From the IMG/VR virus record IMGVR_UViG_3300028844_003474, positions 10,144 through 74,143 of that record: DNA of 64,000 bases; one strand, 5' to 3'. Shown one piece after another: positions 8,991 to 16,635 of the stretch (position 1 is its first letter; each line of letters starts with the position of its first letter). Both the position numbers and the translations under genes were made by a program. Under the pieces are notes generated by a model. The model did no database searches and was not told the DNA's origin. It worked only from the letters and a program-made list of their open reading frames with translations. Origin of the DNA: a virus.

Positions 8991-10091
8991 ATGTGTAACG
9001 ACAATAACCTGGCTGAAAAACTGCCGATCAAAGACACAAATCTTCCTCAAGCTCTAACGCCTGGCTACAATCCATGTAGAAAGTTCTTTCCGGCCTACAG
9101 TCCATTATTTGACACGTGGACCAGAGCAGATTATGTGACGTCTCTATCTAATGCTGCACATACTTGCGGTATAAGCATGGGAGAGTTCAAAGAGTGTATG
9201 CACACCTTGGTTTGGTATAATCCTGACATCTTCAACAGCTTGCAGTTAAGCATTTGGCACGCGTCTACTACTGATCCTGTACACAGGGTTGCAGCAGACT
9301 ACAGCGATGCGGCTCTGCATGCACAGTGGCGAGATACTTGGATGACGTATCAATCAAGAGATTGTAAGACACGAACTCGTATCATGGGTGTTGCATCTCA
9401 AGAAGCAATGCTAGACAATGAACGGCTTGCAAACTTGCACGCTGAACACTGGTTGCGTACGCTGAACGAAGCACTGAGTAAGTTGCATGTTGCACGTGGA
9501 TCACAACAGATGTCTCGTGCATTGTTTACGGATCCACACAAGGTGGGTTTTTACCTTGCCAGGTGGTTTGTAATGGAGTCGTATCATAAGCGTGATGAAG
9601 GCATCATAAATGCTACTCGAAGTGTTAGCAGAATCTACTCTAAGATGCAGCGTCACGTTAGACAGCTTGAAAACGCGATGTCAGAATCAAATTACGATGG
9701 ATACATAGATTTGAAGAATGCACAGACCACATTAAATGAGGTTCAGCATGAGATAGAGTCTATGGATAACGTTAAGACTAAACCTTGCGGCTGTCCTCAC
9801 TGTCAGTGTCAGGATCCAGACTATGTAACTGCTACTAAATCAGCAGAAAAGCTGAAGGAACAGATAGCAATGTTCAAGGAGCTTGGTGGCGATAGAAATA
9901 CCGAACGGTACACCGAGTTGTGGAATGCATTGCAGAATCAGCTTAATAAGGTGAAAGACATAGTATATGCTGTCAATAGTAAGTCAGAAGTAGAGTTTCT
10001 TATGACTGACGACTATCACGTTGTAGGCAAGCATATGGTTTGCTTTATTCACTTGGATTTAGTTCGTATGAGTAACAGAAAGAAGAAGTAA
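8991..10091 (+). CDS. Hypothetical early protein (366 aa)
   Basis: Long ORF with coiled-coil segments and a 'CGCPHCQC' cluster; no family recognised. Confidence 0.7.
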   Translation: MCNDNNLAEKLPIKDTNLPQALTPGYNPCRKFFPAYSPLFDTWTRADYVTSLSNAAHTCGISMGEFKECMHTLVWYNPDIFNSLQLSIWHASTTDPVHRVAADYSDAALHAQWRDTWMTYQSRDCKTRTRIMGVASQEAMLDNERLANLHAEHWLRTLNEALSKLHVARGSQQMSRALFTDPHKVGFYLARWFVMESYHKRDEGIINATRSVSRIYSKMQRHVRQLENAMSESNYDGYIDLKNAQTTLNEVQHEIESMDNVKTKPCGCPHCQCQDPDYVTATKSAEKLKEQIAMFKELGGDRNTERYTELWNALQNQLNKVKDIVYAVNSKSEVEFLMTDDYHVVGKHMVCFIHLDLVRMSNRKKK

Positions 10092-10170
10092 CGTGTTTGA
10101 GAAAAGCATCACATTTAACCGTGTGGTGTTTTTCTTTAGATATGACTCTGCCATCGCAAGCTCGACAGAG

Positions 10171-10196
10171 AAATGAAACCACGGCGACAGTGTAGC
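10171..10196 (+). promoter_or_regulatory. Repeated phage motif copy 2
   Basis: AAATGAAACCACG-GCGA-CAGTG-TAGC, upstream of the ORF at 10253. Confidence 0.6.
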
Positions 10197-10252
10197 GCAA
10201 TCGCGGCACACAGTGTGCTACGGAGCGCAGAAATTCCAAATACCTATACAGC

Positions 10253-10615
10253 ATGGCTGTAGCAACTAACATGGCGACTCGTAAAACTACGGGAAGCCGA
10301 CAGCTCACAACCGAAGAGCTCAAAGACGTAAGTCACATTGACTTGAGCGACAAGAAAGCGGTTGTGGCAAGACTCACTGAAGCGGATGGCAAGATGCGCC
10401 GTTTCTTGGTTGACCCTGCAGATGGTGAGTTCATCACTGTTCGCGGAAAGAAGATTCAGCTCTATGGAGTTGACAAAGACCCAGTCCGTAAGGCTGCGTG
10501 GCGGAAGAACGCTACGTGGAAGTGTGCGGATGACGTCGAGGAAGGAGAGGGCACCACGCGTGCTTACCTCGTGTACGAAGTGCCGATTAGCTTCGTAGAG
10601 GACGAGGATTGCTGA
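10253..10615 (+). CDS. Hypothetical early protein
   Basis: 120-aa ORF between a motif copy and a terminator; the N-terminus (MAVATNMATRKTT) resembles that of the 8282 ORF (MAKATNLAARTT). Confidence 0.7.
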   Translation: MAVATNMATRKTTGSRQLTTEELKDVSHIDLSDKKAVVARLTEADGKMRRFLVDPADGEFITVRGKKIQLYGVDKDPVRKAAWRKNATWKCADDVEEGEGTTRAYLVYEVPISFVEDEDC

Positions 10616-10634
10616 TATTGTCAGTGTGTGTGAT

Positions 10635-10666
10635 AAGCAGGGGAGTTAGTAGCTCCCTTGCTTTTC
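10635..10666 (+). terminator. Putative intrinsic terminator
   Basis: AAGCAGGGGAGTT-AGT-AGCTCCCTTGCTT stem-loop followed by T residues. Confidence 0.7.
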
Positions 10667-10688
10667 TACTTAGCGACTAGTTCATTGC

Positions 10689-10864
10689 AAGCTAGTTTTT
10701 CGACTAACTAACTATTTTACTGTCTAACTACCGTAATTAAGCTATGTTTTTTCGACTAACTAGCTATAAAGTTCGATGGTAGATCTTCAAATGAAACCCT
10801 CGCTACGTGATAGCAAGACAGAGTGAGTACGGGCCAAGCCATATACCACCTGTTTAGCTATAAA
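10689..10864. repeat. Short direct repeats in a non-coding AT-rich region
   Basis: TTTTTCGACTAACTA at 10696-10710 and 10748-10762, each preceded by AAGCTA; TAGCTATAAA at 10761-10770 and 10855-10864. Confidence 0.7.
10789..10814 (+). promoter_or_regulatory. Repeated phage motif copy 3
   Basis: AAATGAAACCCTC-GCTA-CGTGA-TAGC. Confidence 0.65.
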
Positions 10865-10931
10865 TCCATGGCTATACCTTAACTACCTTAGTTATTGTAT
10901 AGTCTTTTATTAACCTAATAAGTTTTTTATC

Positions 10932-11345
10932 ATGTGCAAAAAAGATAAAGAAGAAAAGCCAGAAGACTTTATTTGCAAAATAACATGCGGTAACGAAGGC
11001 ACTGCGTGTCTACTTACCTTCACAACTCATTTTACATTACATAGTTTCTTTCAAGCTATCGCAGCTAGCTATCCAGATGTAAATTCTGACAATCCAGTAT
11101 TGTTACGCTTCTCTGAAGACTATGATGGGTTTCGTATGACCCTTACTTGTACGGGCTATGCAGACAGTACGTTTTCTTTTAACATATCTGATTCTAACGT
11201 TGATTCTTTTTGTCAGTATGTTATTGGTGACCCTATTAACTATACTGTCAAAGATGTCTTCATTGGATGTATTCGCAATGAGATGACTAAGGTTACAGGT
11301 CGTTATGTTTCACACCTAAAAGAAGAATACCATGTCTTCCAGTAA
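10932..11345 (+). CDS. Hypothetical protein
   Basis: 137-aa ORF overlapping the start of the next gene. Confidence 0.6.
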   Translation: MCKKDKEEKPEDFICKITCGNEGTACLLTFTTHFTLHSFFQAIAASYPDVNSDNPVLLRFSEDYDGFRMTLTCTGYADSTFSFNISDSNVDSFCQYVIGDPINYTVKDVFIGCIRNEMTKVTGRYVSHLKEEYHVFQ

Positions 11346-11889
11346 TATGACAGAAAGGAACATCATCATATTTGATTTAGATGGTACTCTTGCTAATGTG
11401 AGTGTAAGACGTAGTCTTGCTGACTCTGCTAAAGCTAAAGTATTAGGTGAGGTTACTCATCCTTATGCTGATAAGGAGTTAGTGCAACAGGCTAATGAGG
11501 CTTGGTGGCATGAGTGGGAGGGAGTATCCGCCAATATCCAGTATGATAGACCTTCACCGGTTGCTGATATACTGCGTGGCTTCCATATGTTGAATAGATT
11601 TCACATTGTTATATTTTCTGGCCGTAATAATCGGCTTCATAATGTAACTTTGCGTTGGTTAGACAAGCATAGAATTCATTTTGATGATTTCTTTATTCGT
11701 CCTGCTAACGACATGCGACCTGACGAGGTGTTAAAGAATGAGATGCTTATGTCTAAACCTGAGGGGTGGCGTCGTAGAGTAAGAGTTATTTTTGACGATC
11801 GTAATAAAGTCGTCAAAGAATGGAAAAAGCTTGCATTGCTTCCTGAACACAGCTTTTCTCTAGTTCAAGTTGCTGATGGTGACTTTTAA
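11332..11889 (+). CDS. HAD-family phosphatase (T4 PNK 3'-phosphatase-like domain, stand-alone)
   Basis: Motif I 'IIIFDLDGTLAN', motif II 'FSGR', 'RP.D..LK', motif IV 'IFDDR' and C-terminal 'QVADGDF'. Confidence 0.85.
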   Translation: MSSSNMTERNIIIFDLDGTLANVSVRRSLADSAKAKVLGEVTHPYADKELVQQANEAWWHEWEGVSANIQYDRPSPVADILRGFHMLNRFHIVIFSGRNNRLHNVTLRWLDKHRIHFDDFFIRPANDMRPDEVLKNEMLMSKPEGWRRRVRVIFDDRNKVVKEWKKLALLPEHSFSLVQVADGDF

Positions 11890-12101
11890 AAAAAAATCCT
11901 GCTGCGGCAGGTATGGGACGTGGTTGAGAACTGTGACCGCAGTCGGTTTAGTACCGCCACTCCCATTAAACAGGTGATAAACACAGCCTTAAATGTGTTT
12001 GATTTTGGTTGACCATGACAAGATGGTCGTCAGTAGATTGTTAGGGGTAGGGGATCAAAACGTTGGTTCCCTACTGCTACCAACAAAGAGTACATAATTT
12101 T

Positions 12102-12186
12102 GCCACTGTGATGAAATTGGTAGACATGACAGACTTAAAATCTGTTGGACAGTTTGTCCGTACCGGTTCGAATCCGGTCAGTGGTA
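12102..12186 (+). tRNA. tRNA-Leu(TAA)
   Basis: Acceptor GCCACTG/CAGTGGT, D-loop TTGGTAGAC, anticodon arm ACAGA-CTTAAAA-TCTGT, long variable arm, T-arm GGTTCGAATCC; no encoded CCA. Confidence 0.95.
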
Positions 12187-12220
12187 CTAAAACATTTAGC
12201 ACACCTAACGTGCTTTTTAT

Positions 12221-12294
12221 ACTCCTGTAGCACAACCGGATAGTGCAACATCCTTCTAAGATGTAGGTTGTGGGTTCGAATCCCGCCAGGAGTA
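12221..12294 (+). tRNA. tRNA-Arg(TCT)
   Basis: Acceptor ACTCCTG/CAGGAGT, anticodon arm ACATC-CTTCTAA-GATGT, T-arm GGTTCGAATCC. Confidence 0.95.
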
Positions 12295-12310
12295 CTTTTA
12301 TTTTAATATT

Positions 12311-12442
12311 ATGTCAAAGATTGTATCCGTAGCTAAAGAAACTGTCTCTACTAAGAGACCAGGTATTCACAGCAAAACCAAAACCTCTAATCACAAGAGC
12401 AGTAAATGCTATCGTAAAAAGTATAGAGGTCAAGGTAAATAA
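12311..12442 (+). CDS. Small basic peptide ending in YRGQGK (43 aa)
   Basis: Manual translation MSKIVSVAKETVSTKRPGIHSKTKTSNHKSSKCYRKKYRGQGK*. I recall a C-terminal YRGQG(K/R) motif in small proteins of aquatic phages. Confidence 0.75.
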   Translation: MSKIVSVAKETVSTKRPGIHSKTKTSNHKSSKCYRKKYRGQGK

Positions 12443-12444
12443 AA

Positions 12445-12851
12445 TCCCTATACCGTCTGATTAGAGTCAGACACTTAGGGCTGGTCAGTTAAAGACCTTA
12501 AAACCCATGAGAGGCTATGGTTCCTCTCGGTTTGTCGGTGGTGTTAGCCGAAGTAATCTCCACCTAATGGTACATGAACGTACAAGTGGCCTCTGTCTCA
12601 TACTCTCTAAAGTTGGCAGAGGCTGCGGATCTCATTGGGGTCTGACTGAGCCTTATTACCCAAATCAGTTACTATCTAAAAGTCCTACGCTAAACAATCG
12701 TAGGCATTATTTATCAGTCAAGCAATAGTGTACGTGTTACCGCTTGATGTATAGACCACGTACCTGTCCCAACTTGGACAGCTTAGTCATAGTTAGAGAG
12801 AGTGTAGCTGTTATGCCAGCCTACGGGTCGCAGTGCACTCTCTTGTTTTTT
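12445..12851 (+). ncRNA. Candidate large structured ncRNA (unassigned)
   Basis: About ten consecutive stem-loops plus a putative pseudoknot, ending in a long hairpin with a U-tract, between tRNA genes; no convincing ORF. Confidence 0.55.
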
Positions 12852-12862
12852 CACAAATAAAT

Positions 12863-13303
12863 ATGGATAGAGAAACAGAAATTACCGACAAGCTATTGCA
12901 GCTTATGAGAGTACAACAGATTAACCACAACCTTGAGAATGAGTGTATTAAGCTGCGTCATGAGGTCGGAAATTTGGAAGAGCGTGACAATGGTCGTCTT
13001 ATCGAAGATTTGCGCAAAGAAAACTCTGATCTTAGAGGTGAACTCTATAAGCTCAAGGGGCGGGTGCAGCTCATGGATAATATTGTGTATCTCTACGAGG
13101 CTGAGAGGTACTTTGATTTCAAAAAGCCACGACTGTCAAAAGTTTGTCGTGAGCTTAATATGGATATGCAGGATGCAGTTGATGTTCTAGCACAAACAGG
13201 CCTCATTGAATGGTCTCGACGTGAGACATTCTGTAAACCAAACACAAAGCTGGATATGATGCAGTACTGTGTGTTGAGGTTTATAGATCACAAAAACAAG
13301 TAG
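12863..13303 (+). CDS. Coiled-coil protein with a C-terminal IF2 N-terminal-like domain
   Basis: Likely start MDRETE at 12863. The C-terminal 'PRLSKVCRELNMDMQDAVDVLAQTG...KPNTKLDMMQYCVL' resembles the Bacteroidota IF2 N-terminus (RL.KV.RELN......V.FL..KG....P.TKI....Y..L). Confidence 0.65.
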   Translation: MDRETEITDKLLQLMRVQQINHNLENECIKLRHEVGNLEERDNGRLIEDLRKENSDLRGELYKLKGRVQLMDNIVYLYEAERYFDFKKPRLSKVCRELNMDMQDAVDVLAQTGLIEWSRRETFCKPNTKLDMMQYCVLRFIDHKNK

Positions 13304-13305
13304 AC

Positions 13306-13713
13306 ATGGACATTAGCAAGACAAAGTTCATCAAGAACTTCGTGTTTAAAAAGATTAGCAAAGAAGGGTCTTACGGTGACAACCAAAGATATATCACTTA
13401 TCAAGCTTGGCTTCACTTACCAAACAACTACAGGCTTTCGATAATAACCAGCCCTGTTGGTACAGGACTTACTTCAGTTCCTAACACGTATGAAATTGGG
13501 TTCTTTTCTAATCATCATCATAATGGGATGATTAAAGCACACAAGGAAGTGTATTGTTTTAACATCAAAGGTGTAGAAAAAGAGGTTGTTGCGTATCATA
13601 CGACTGCTGAATATCTCACTCTTGAAGATCTTGAAGAATACCTTGTAGAAATCAGTGAGTGGCCTACTCGCACCAAAGAGATGGATATCGAAGAAGGTTA
13701 TATTGACTCTTAA
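13306..13713 (+). CDS. Hypothetical protein
   Basis: 135-aa ORF in the operon; contains 'F/LPNNYRLSII...YEIG'. Confidence 0.65.
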   Translation: MDISKTKFIKNFVFKKISKEGSYGDNQRYITYQAWLHLPNNYRLSIITSPVGTGLTSVPNTYEIGFFSNHHHNGMIKAHKEVYCFNIKGVEKEVVAYHTTAEYLTLEDLEEYLVEISEWPTRTKEMDIEEGYIDS

Positions 13714-13735
13714 AATAAATAACCCCTTCGTTTTA

Positions 13736-13812
13736 GCGCTTGTAGCTCAGTTGGTCAGAGCATCCGACTCATAATCGGCAGGTCGTAGGTTCAAGCCCTA
13801 CCAGGCGCACCA
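13736..13812 (+). tRNA. tRNA with CAT anticodon, most likely Ile2 (lysidine-modified) rather than Met
   Basis: Acceptor GCGCTTG/CAGGCGC with encoded ACCA; anticodon arm CCGA-CTCATAA-TCGG as in bacterial ileX-type tRNAs; lacks the three GC pairs of initiator tRNA. Confidence 0.85.
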
Positions 13813-13924
13813 TAAGGTTGAAACGTCAATCTTGCAGAGCAAACAAAACTGAGTATAGGTTTGGAATAATCTTCATGATTAGTTTTTTTGGTTTAGGAGT
13901 TTTCCAGTTCTCCTAGCTCTGCTT

Positions 13925-13950
13925 AAATGAACCCTACGCTACGTTGTAGC
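13925..13950 (+). promoter_or_regulatory. Repeated phage motif copy 4
   Basis: AAATGAACCCTAC-GCTA-CGTTG-TAGC, 30 nt upstream of the ORF at 13980. Confidence 0.65.
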
Positions 13951-13979
13951 AAATATATATAATACACAAACACAAAATA

Positions 13980-14408
13980 ATGCAAGAACTATTTTATGCA
14001 GTTGTAGCAGTTGCCATGGCTATGGCTGCAGTCACAGTTTTCTATCTATCGTACAATATTTCAGAAGCTAAAGCTTTGCGTAAAGCGTGCGATCATTGTA
14101 ATTCTTATCTTAAAGAGTTAGAAGCAAAGAACACTAAGTTAAAATCACAGATAGAAAGAGCAGAAACAAAGTCTGCAATGTACTATGCTGTGAATCGAAG
14201 TCTAAAAGAGACTATTGACGTAATCCATACAGATCATAAAACGCTTGTAATCAAGTGGAGTACAGTTGAATCTGCATATCATAAGCTTCTTGAGCAACTG
14301 GAACAATTTACTTCAGAGGCTGAAGATCTAAGAGAATTAGAAAAAGACAATAATCAGCTTAGTATATTCTCTCAAATTAATAACGCAATAAAAACCCCTA
14401 TGGAATAA
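13980..14408 (+). CDS. Membrane-anchored coiled-coil protein
   Basis: N-terminal hydrophobic helix (LFYAVVAVAMAMAAVTVFYL) followed by heptad repeats. Confidence 0.7.
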   Translation: MQELFYAVVAVAMAMAAVTVFYLSYNISEAKALRKACDHCNSYLKELEAKNTKLKSQIERAETKSAMYYAVNRSLKETIDVIHTDHKTLVIKWSTVESAYHKLLEQLEQFTSEAEDLRELEKDNNQLSIFSQINNAIKTPME

Positions 14409-14731
14409 TGATAGACGAGCTTCTTTACGAAGAGGACGACAACCCAGACAAAAACGAAGACTCAACAAAAGAACTATCTAATGATTTAACTACTGTTAAA
14501 TGGTGTACAGTAGTCCTTAGATCTATTAAAAGAGCTTTTAAAGAGAATCGAACACAGGTTATTTTATCTGATGAATTCCAGGCTACGTATCCAATGGGTG
14601 CGTGGCCTATTTTATTAGATCAAATTAGAAAGCTCATGGAAACTATGGAAGACTATGAGCGATGCATTGAAATAGTAGAGTTAAAAGAAGATGTAAATAT
14701 AAAATTACTTACAGAAAATGTTTCAGAATAA
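14408..14731 (+). CDS. Hypothetical protein with a UVR-like C-terminal motif
   Basis: 'METMEDYERCIEIVELK' resembles the UvrB/C 'EDYE.AA.lrD' motif. Confidence 0.55.
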   Translation: MIDELLYEEDDNPDKNEDSTKELSNDLTTVKWCTVVLRSIKRAFKENRTQVILSDEFQATYPMGAWPILLDQIRKLMETMEDYERCIEIVELKEDVNIKLLTENVSE

Positions 14732-14951
14732 AGAATGGCAACAAAAATTAAACGCTAGCATAAACAAGGGTGACTTCCTATTATTCCTGTCACCTGAAAA
14801 TACAGAGCGATACGATTTTTTAGTTACAAGCCTTCCCCCAGAGTATCAGCCTCTCATACATGCTGCATTTTACGTGTTTCAAGATGAGAAAATGATACAA
14901 GAGTTATACAAGGCGGTGCCTGCCTTAGTAAAAGGTGCAATTAAGTCATAA
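14718..14951 (+). CDS. Hypothetical protein
   Basis: 77-aa ORF with overlapping junctions in the operon. Confidence 0.55.
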   Translation: MFQNKEWQQKLNASINKGDFLLFLSPENTERYDFLVTSLPPEYQPLIHAAFYVFQDEKMIQELYKAVPALVKGAIKS

Positions 14952-14968
14952 TATATAAAAATAAGAAC

Positions 14969-15439
14969 ATGGCTACAACAGAATATTTTAGTGAAGTCGT
15001 AGAAGTTTCTAACGACAAGCAAGACAAGAGCGGTAACACTTACCGTACTATTAGAGTTCAGGCAACGCCTGCAGTGAGTCGGACTAATCCGTTTACAAAA
15101 CAAGAGGAAGTGTGCCCCGGTACATCACGTACGTTTACTGTCAATTCATGGCAGGGCGGCGTTGATTCTCCATGGAATCACATTTTTAACATGCCTGCAG
15201 GTACTCCAGTACTTGGAACACAGGTTAAGTTAGATGTGCAACCGTACGAGATTGACGGAAAAACGTTTACCACAGCCACTATTCTCGTTCCTGATACAGA
15301 GGATAGTCCCACATGGACACGGAGTTTAGACACTGTGTTACGCTGGGACAACTTTACTCCTGCAGGTAGTTTCGTCCCTCCGATTAATGTTATCGAAGAG
15401 ACTGCTACAGAAGAAGTTACAGAGGCTTTAGAAGTCTAA
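14969..15439 (+). CDS. Possible single-stranded DNA-binding (OB-fold) protein
   Basis: Beta-rich ('QDKSGNTYRTIRV', 'PYEIDGKTFTTATILV') with an acidic C-terminal tail; followed by a terminator. Confidence 0.4.
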   Translation: MATTEYFSEVVEVSNDKQDKSGNTYRTIRVQATPAVSRTNPFTKQEEVCPGTSRTFTVNSWQGGVDSPWNHIFNMPAGTPVLGTQVKLDVQPYEIDGKTFTTATILVPDTEDSPTWTRSLDTVLRWDNFTPAGSFVPPINVIEETATEEVTEALEV

Positions 15440-15486
15440 TTTAACTTAGGATAAAACAAAAACTAGACTAGTGTTTCATAACTCTT

Positions 15487-15511
15487 GGGGGGTTTTCTAG
15501 TTCCCCCTTTT
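15487..15511 (+). terminator. Putative intrinsic terminator
   Basis: GGGGGG...TCCCCC stem followed by TTTT. Confidence 0.5.
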
Positions 15512-15528
15512 CCTAAAAACATTACAAA

Positions 15529-16197
15529 ATGCCAAACAATACTTATTGTGAAGTAATAATTCAAGGGTTAAACCCTGAAATTACATTGGTAGCAAATCGT
15601 TTAAATACTTTAGAAACAGATCCTCACGACCGTGATGGGTTTTTAAAAAGTTTTTTAGATGATCCAGGAGAGGATGCTCAAGGCAGAATAAAAAAAGATG
15701 CAAATAACATTCGTTCTCAAGAGTGGGGAACTAAATGGGATGTCTACAGTGTACGCAATGTAAGTTTCACTGAGATTCCTGAAGATCAAAAAAACCACTT
15801 TACTTATGACGGTGAAATTGAATGCATTTGGGAATCAGCTTGGTCTCCTCCTATAGAAGGGCTTATAAAGCTATCTAAAAAACATAAGCTTACTATTCAA
15901 ATTAAGTACGAAGATGAAGGTATGGCTTTTGTTGGCATGTATAAAGTGATTGAAGGTGAGCCTGTCTTTGATTATTGTTTTCAAGGTGATCAAATCATTG
16001 AGGGTTTGTATCGAGTATTTGGAATAGACAGGCTGCGAGATTATTTCAAATTTCACTTTGAAAACAACCATAATAGCGCTTTTACATTGCTTACAAACCA
16101 AAAGCACTGGATGTCCAGAGACATTATGCTAGACTTAATCAATGATTTTTTGATTAAGCTAAAACCAAAGGACATTAGACCTTTAATACTAGATTAA
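15529..16197 (+). CDS. YubB/DUF1281 ferredoxin-like domain protein
   Basis: 'MPN..YC', 'WGTKWD', 'ESAWSPP' and 'YEDEGMAFVG' motifs. Confidence 0.8.
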   Translation: MPNNTYCEVIIQGLNPEITLVANRLNTLETDPHDRDGFLKSFLDDPGEDAQGRIKKDANNIRSQEWGTKWDVYSVRNVSFTEIPEDQKNHFTYDGEIECIWESAWSPPIEGLIKLSKKHKLTIQIKYEDEGMAFVGMYKVIEGEPVFDYCFQGDQIIEGLYRVFGIDRLRDYFKFHFENNHNSAFTLLTNQKHWMSRDIMLDLINDFLIKLKPKDIRPLILD

Positions 16198-16200
16198 AAT

Positions 16201-16629
16201 ATGATTACAAGAAAAAACTCTCCATATACTCCTGAAATAAACGATTACATACTTAAAAATATGAATTTGCGTTTATTGCGAGGGAGATACACTCGTTATT
16301 CCGCAGCAAAAGGTGTAGCAAATGAGCTTCATGTTAAGTTTAAAAAGAATTTTAAAGCCAATGCTATAATGCAAAAGTGGACAAAGCTGAATAATGCAGC
16401 TATTCCAGAGCATAGAATCAAATGGAATACTAGTAGACGCTGCTATATACCCTTTATGGCAGGAGTTCAACGCGTTTCTAACATTGATTTAAGCAAGAGC
16501 ATTGAAAAAACTGTAAATGAAGTCAGGCAACTTACTGATTCATTTCAAGTCTTAAACTATGTCGATCCTAAAAGTATTGAAATTCATTCTACCCCAGGTA
16601 GCTTGAAAGTTCGTATTAACATGGATTAA
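16201..16629 (+). CDS. Hypothetical basic protein (possible HTH/Myb-like)
   Basis: 'YTPEINDYI...VANEL...ANAIMQKW'. Confidence 0.55.
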   Translation: MITRKNSPYTPEINDYILKNMNLRLLRGRYTRYSAAKGVANELHVKFKKNFKANAIMQKWTKLNNAAIPEHRIKWNTSRRCYIPFMAGVQRVSNIDLSKSIEKTVNEVRQLTDSFQVLNYVDPKSIEIHSTPGSLKVRINMD

Positions 16630-16635
16630 TACATT

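Noticed and set aside
10689-10864. CRISPR mini-array
   Set aside because: The repeats are only 10-15 nt, occur in two copies each, and there is no cas gene.
12507-12728. 73-aa ORF inside the structured region
   Set aside because: Atypical composition, and it lies wholly within dense RNA stems; better explained as non-coding.
12445-12851. Canonical tmRNA or RNase P RNA
   Set aside because: No tRNA-like acceptor or T-arm ends with CCA, and no recognisable RNase P P4 consensus; kept as an unassigned ncRNA candidate.
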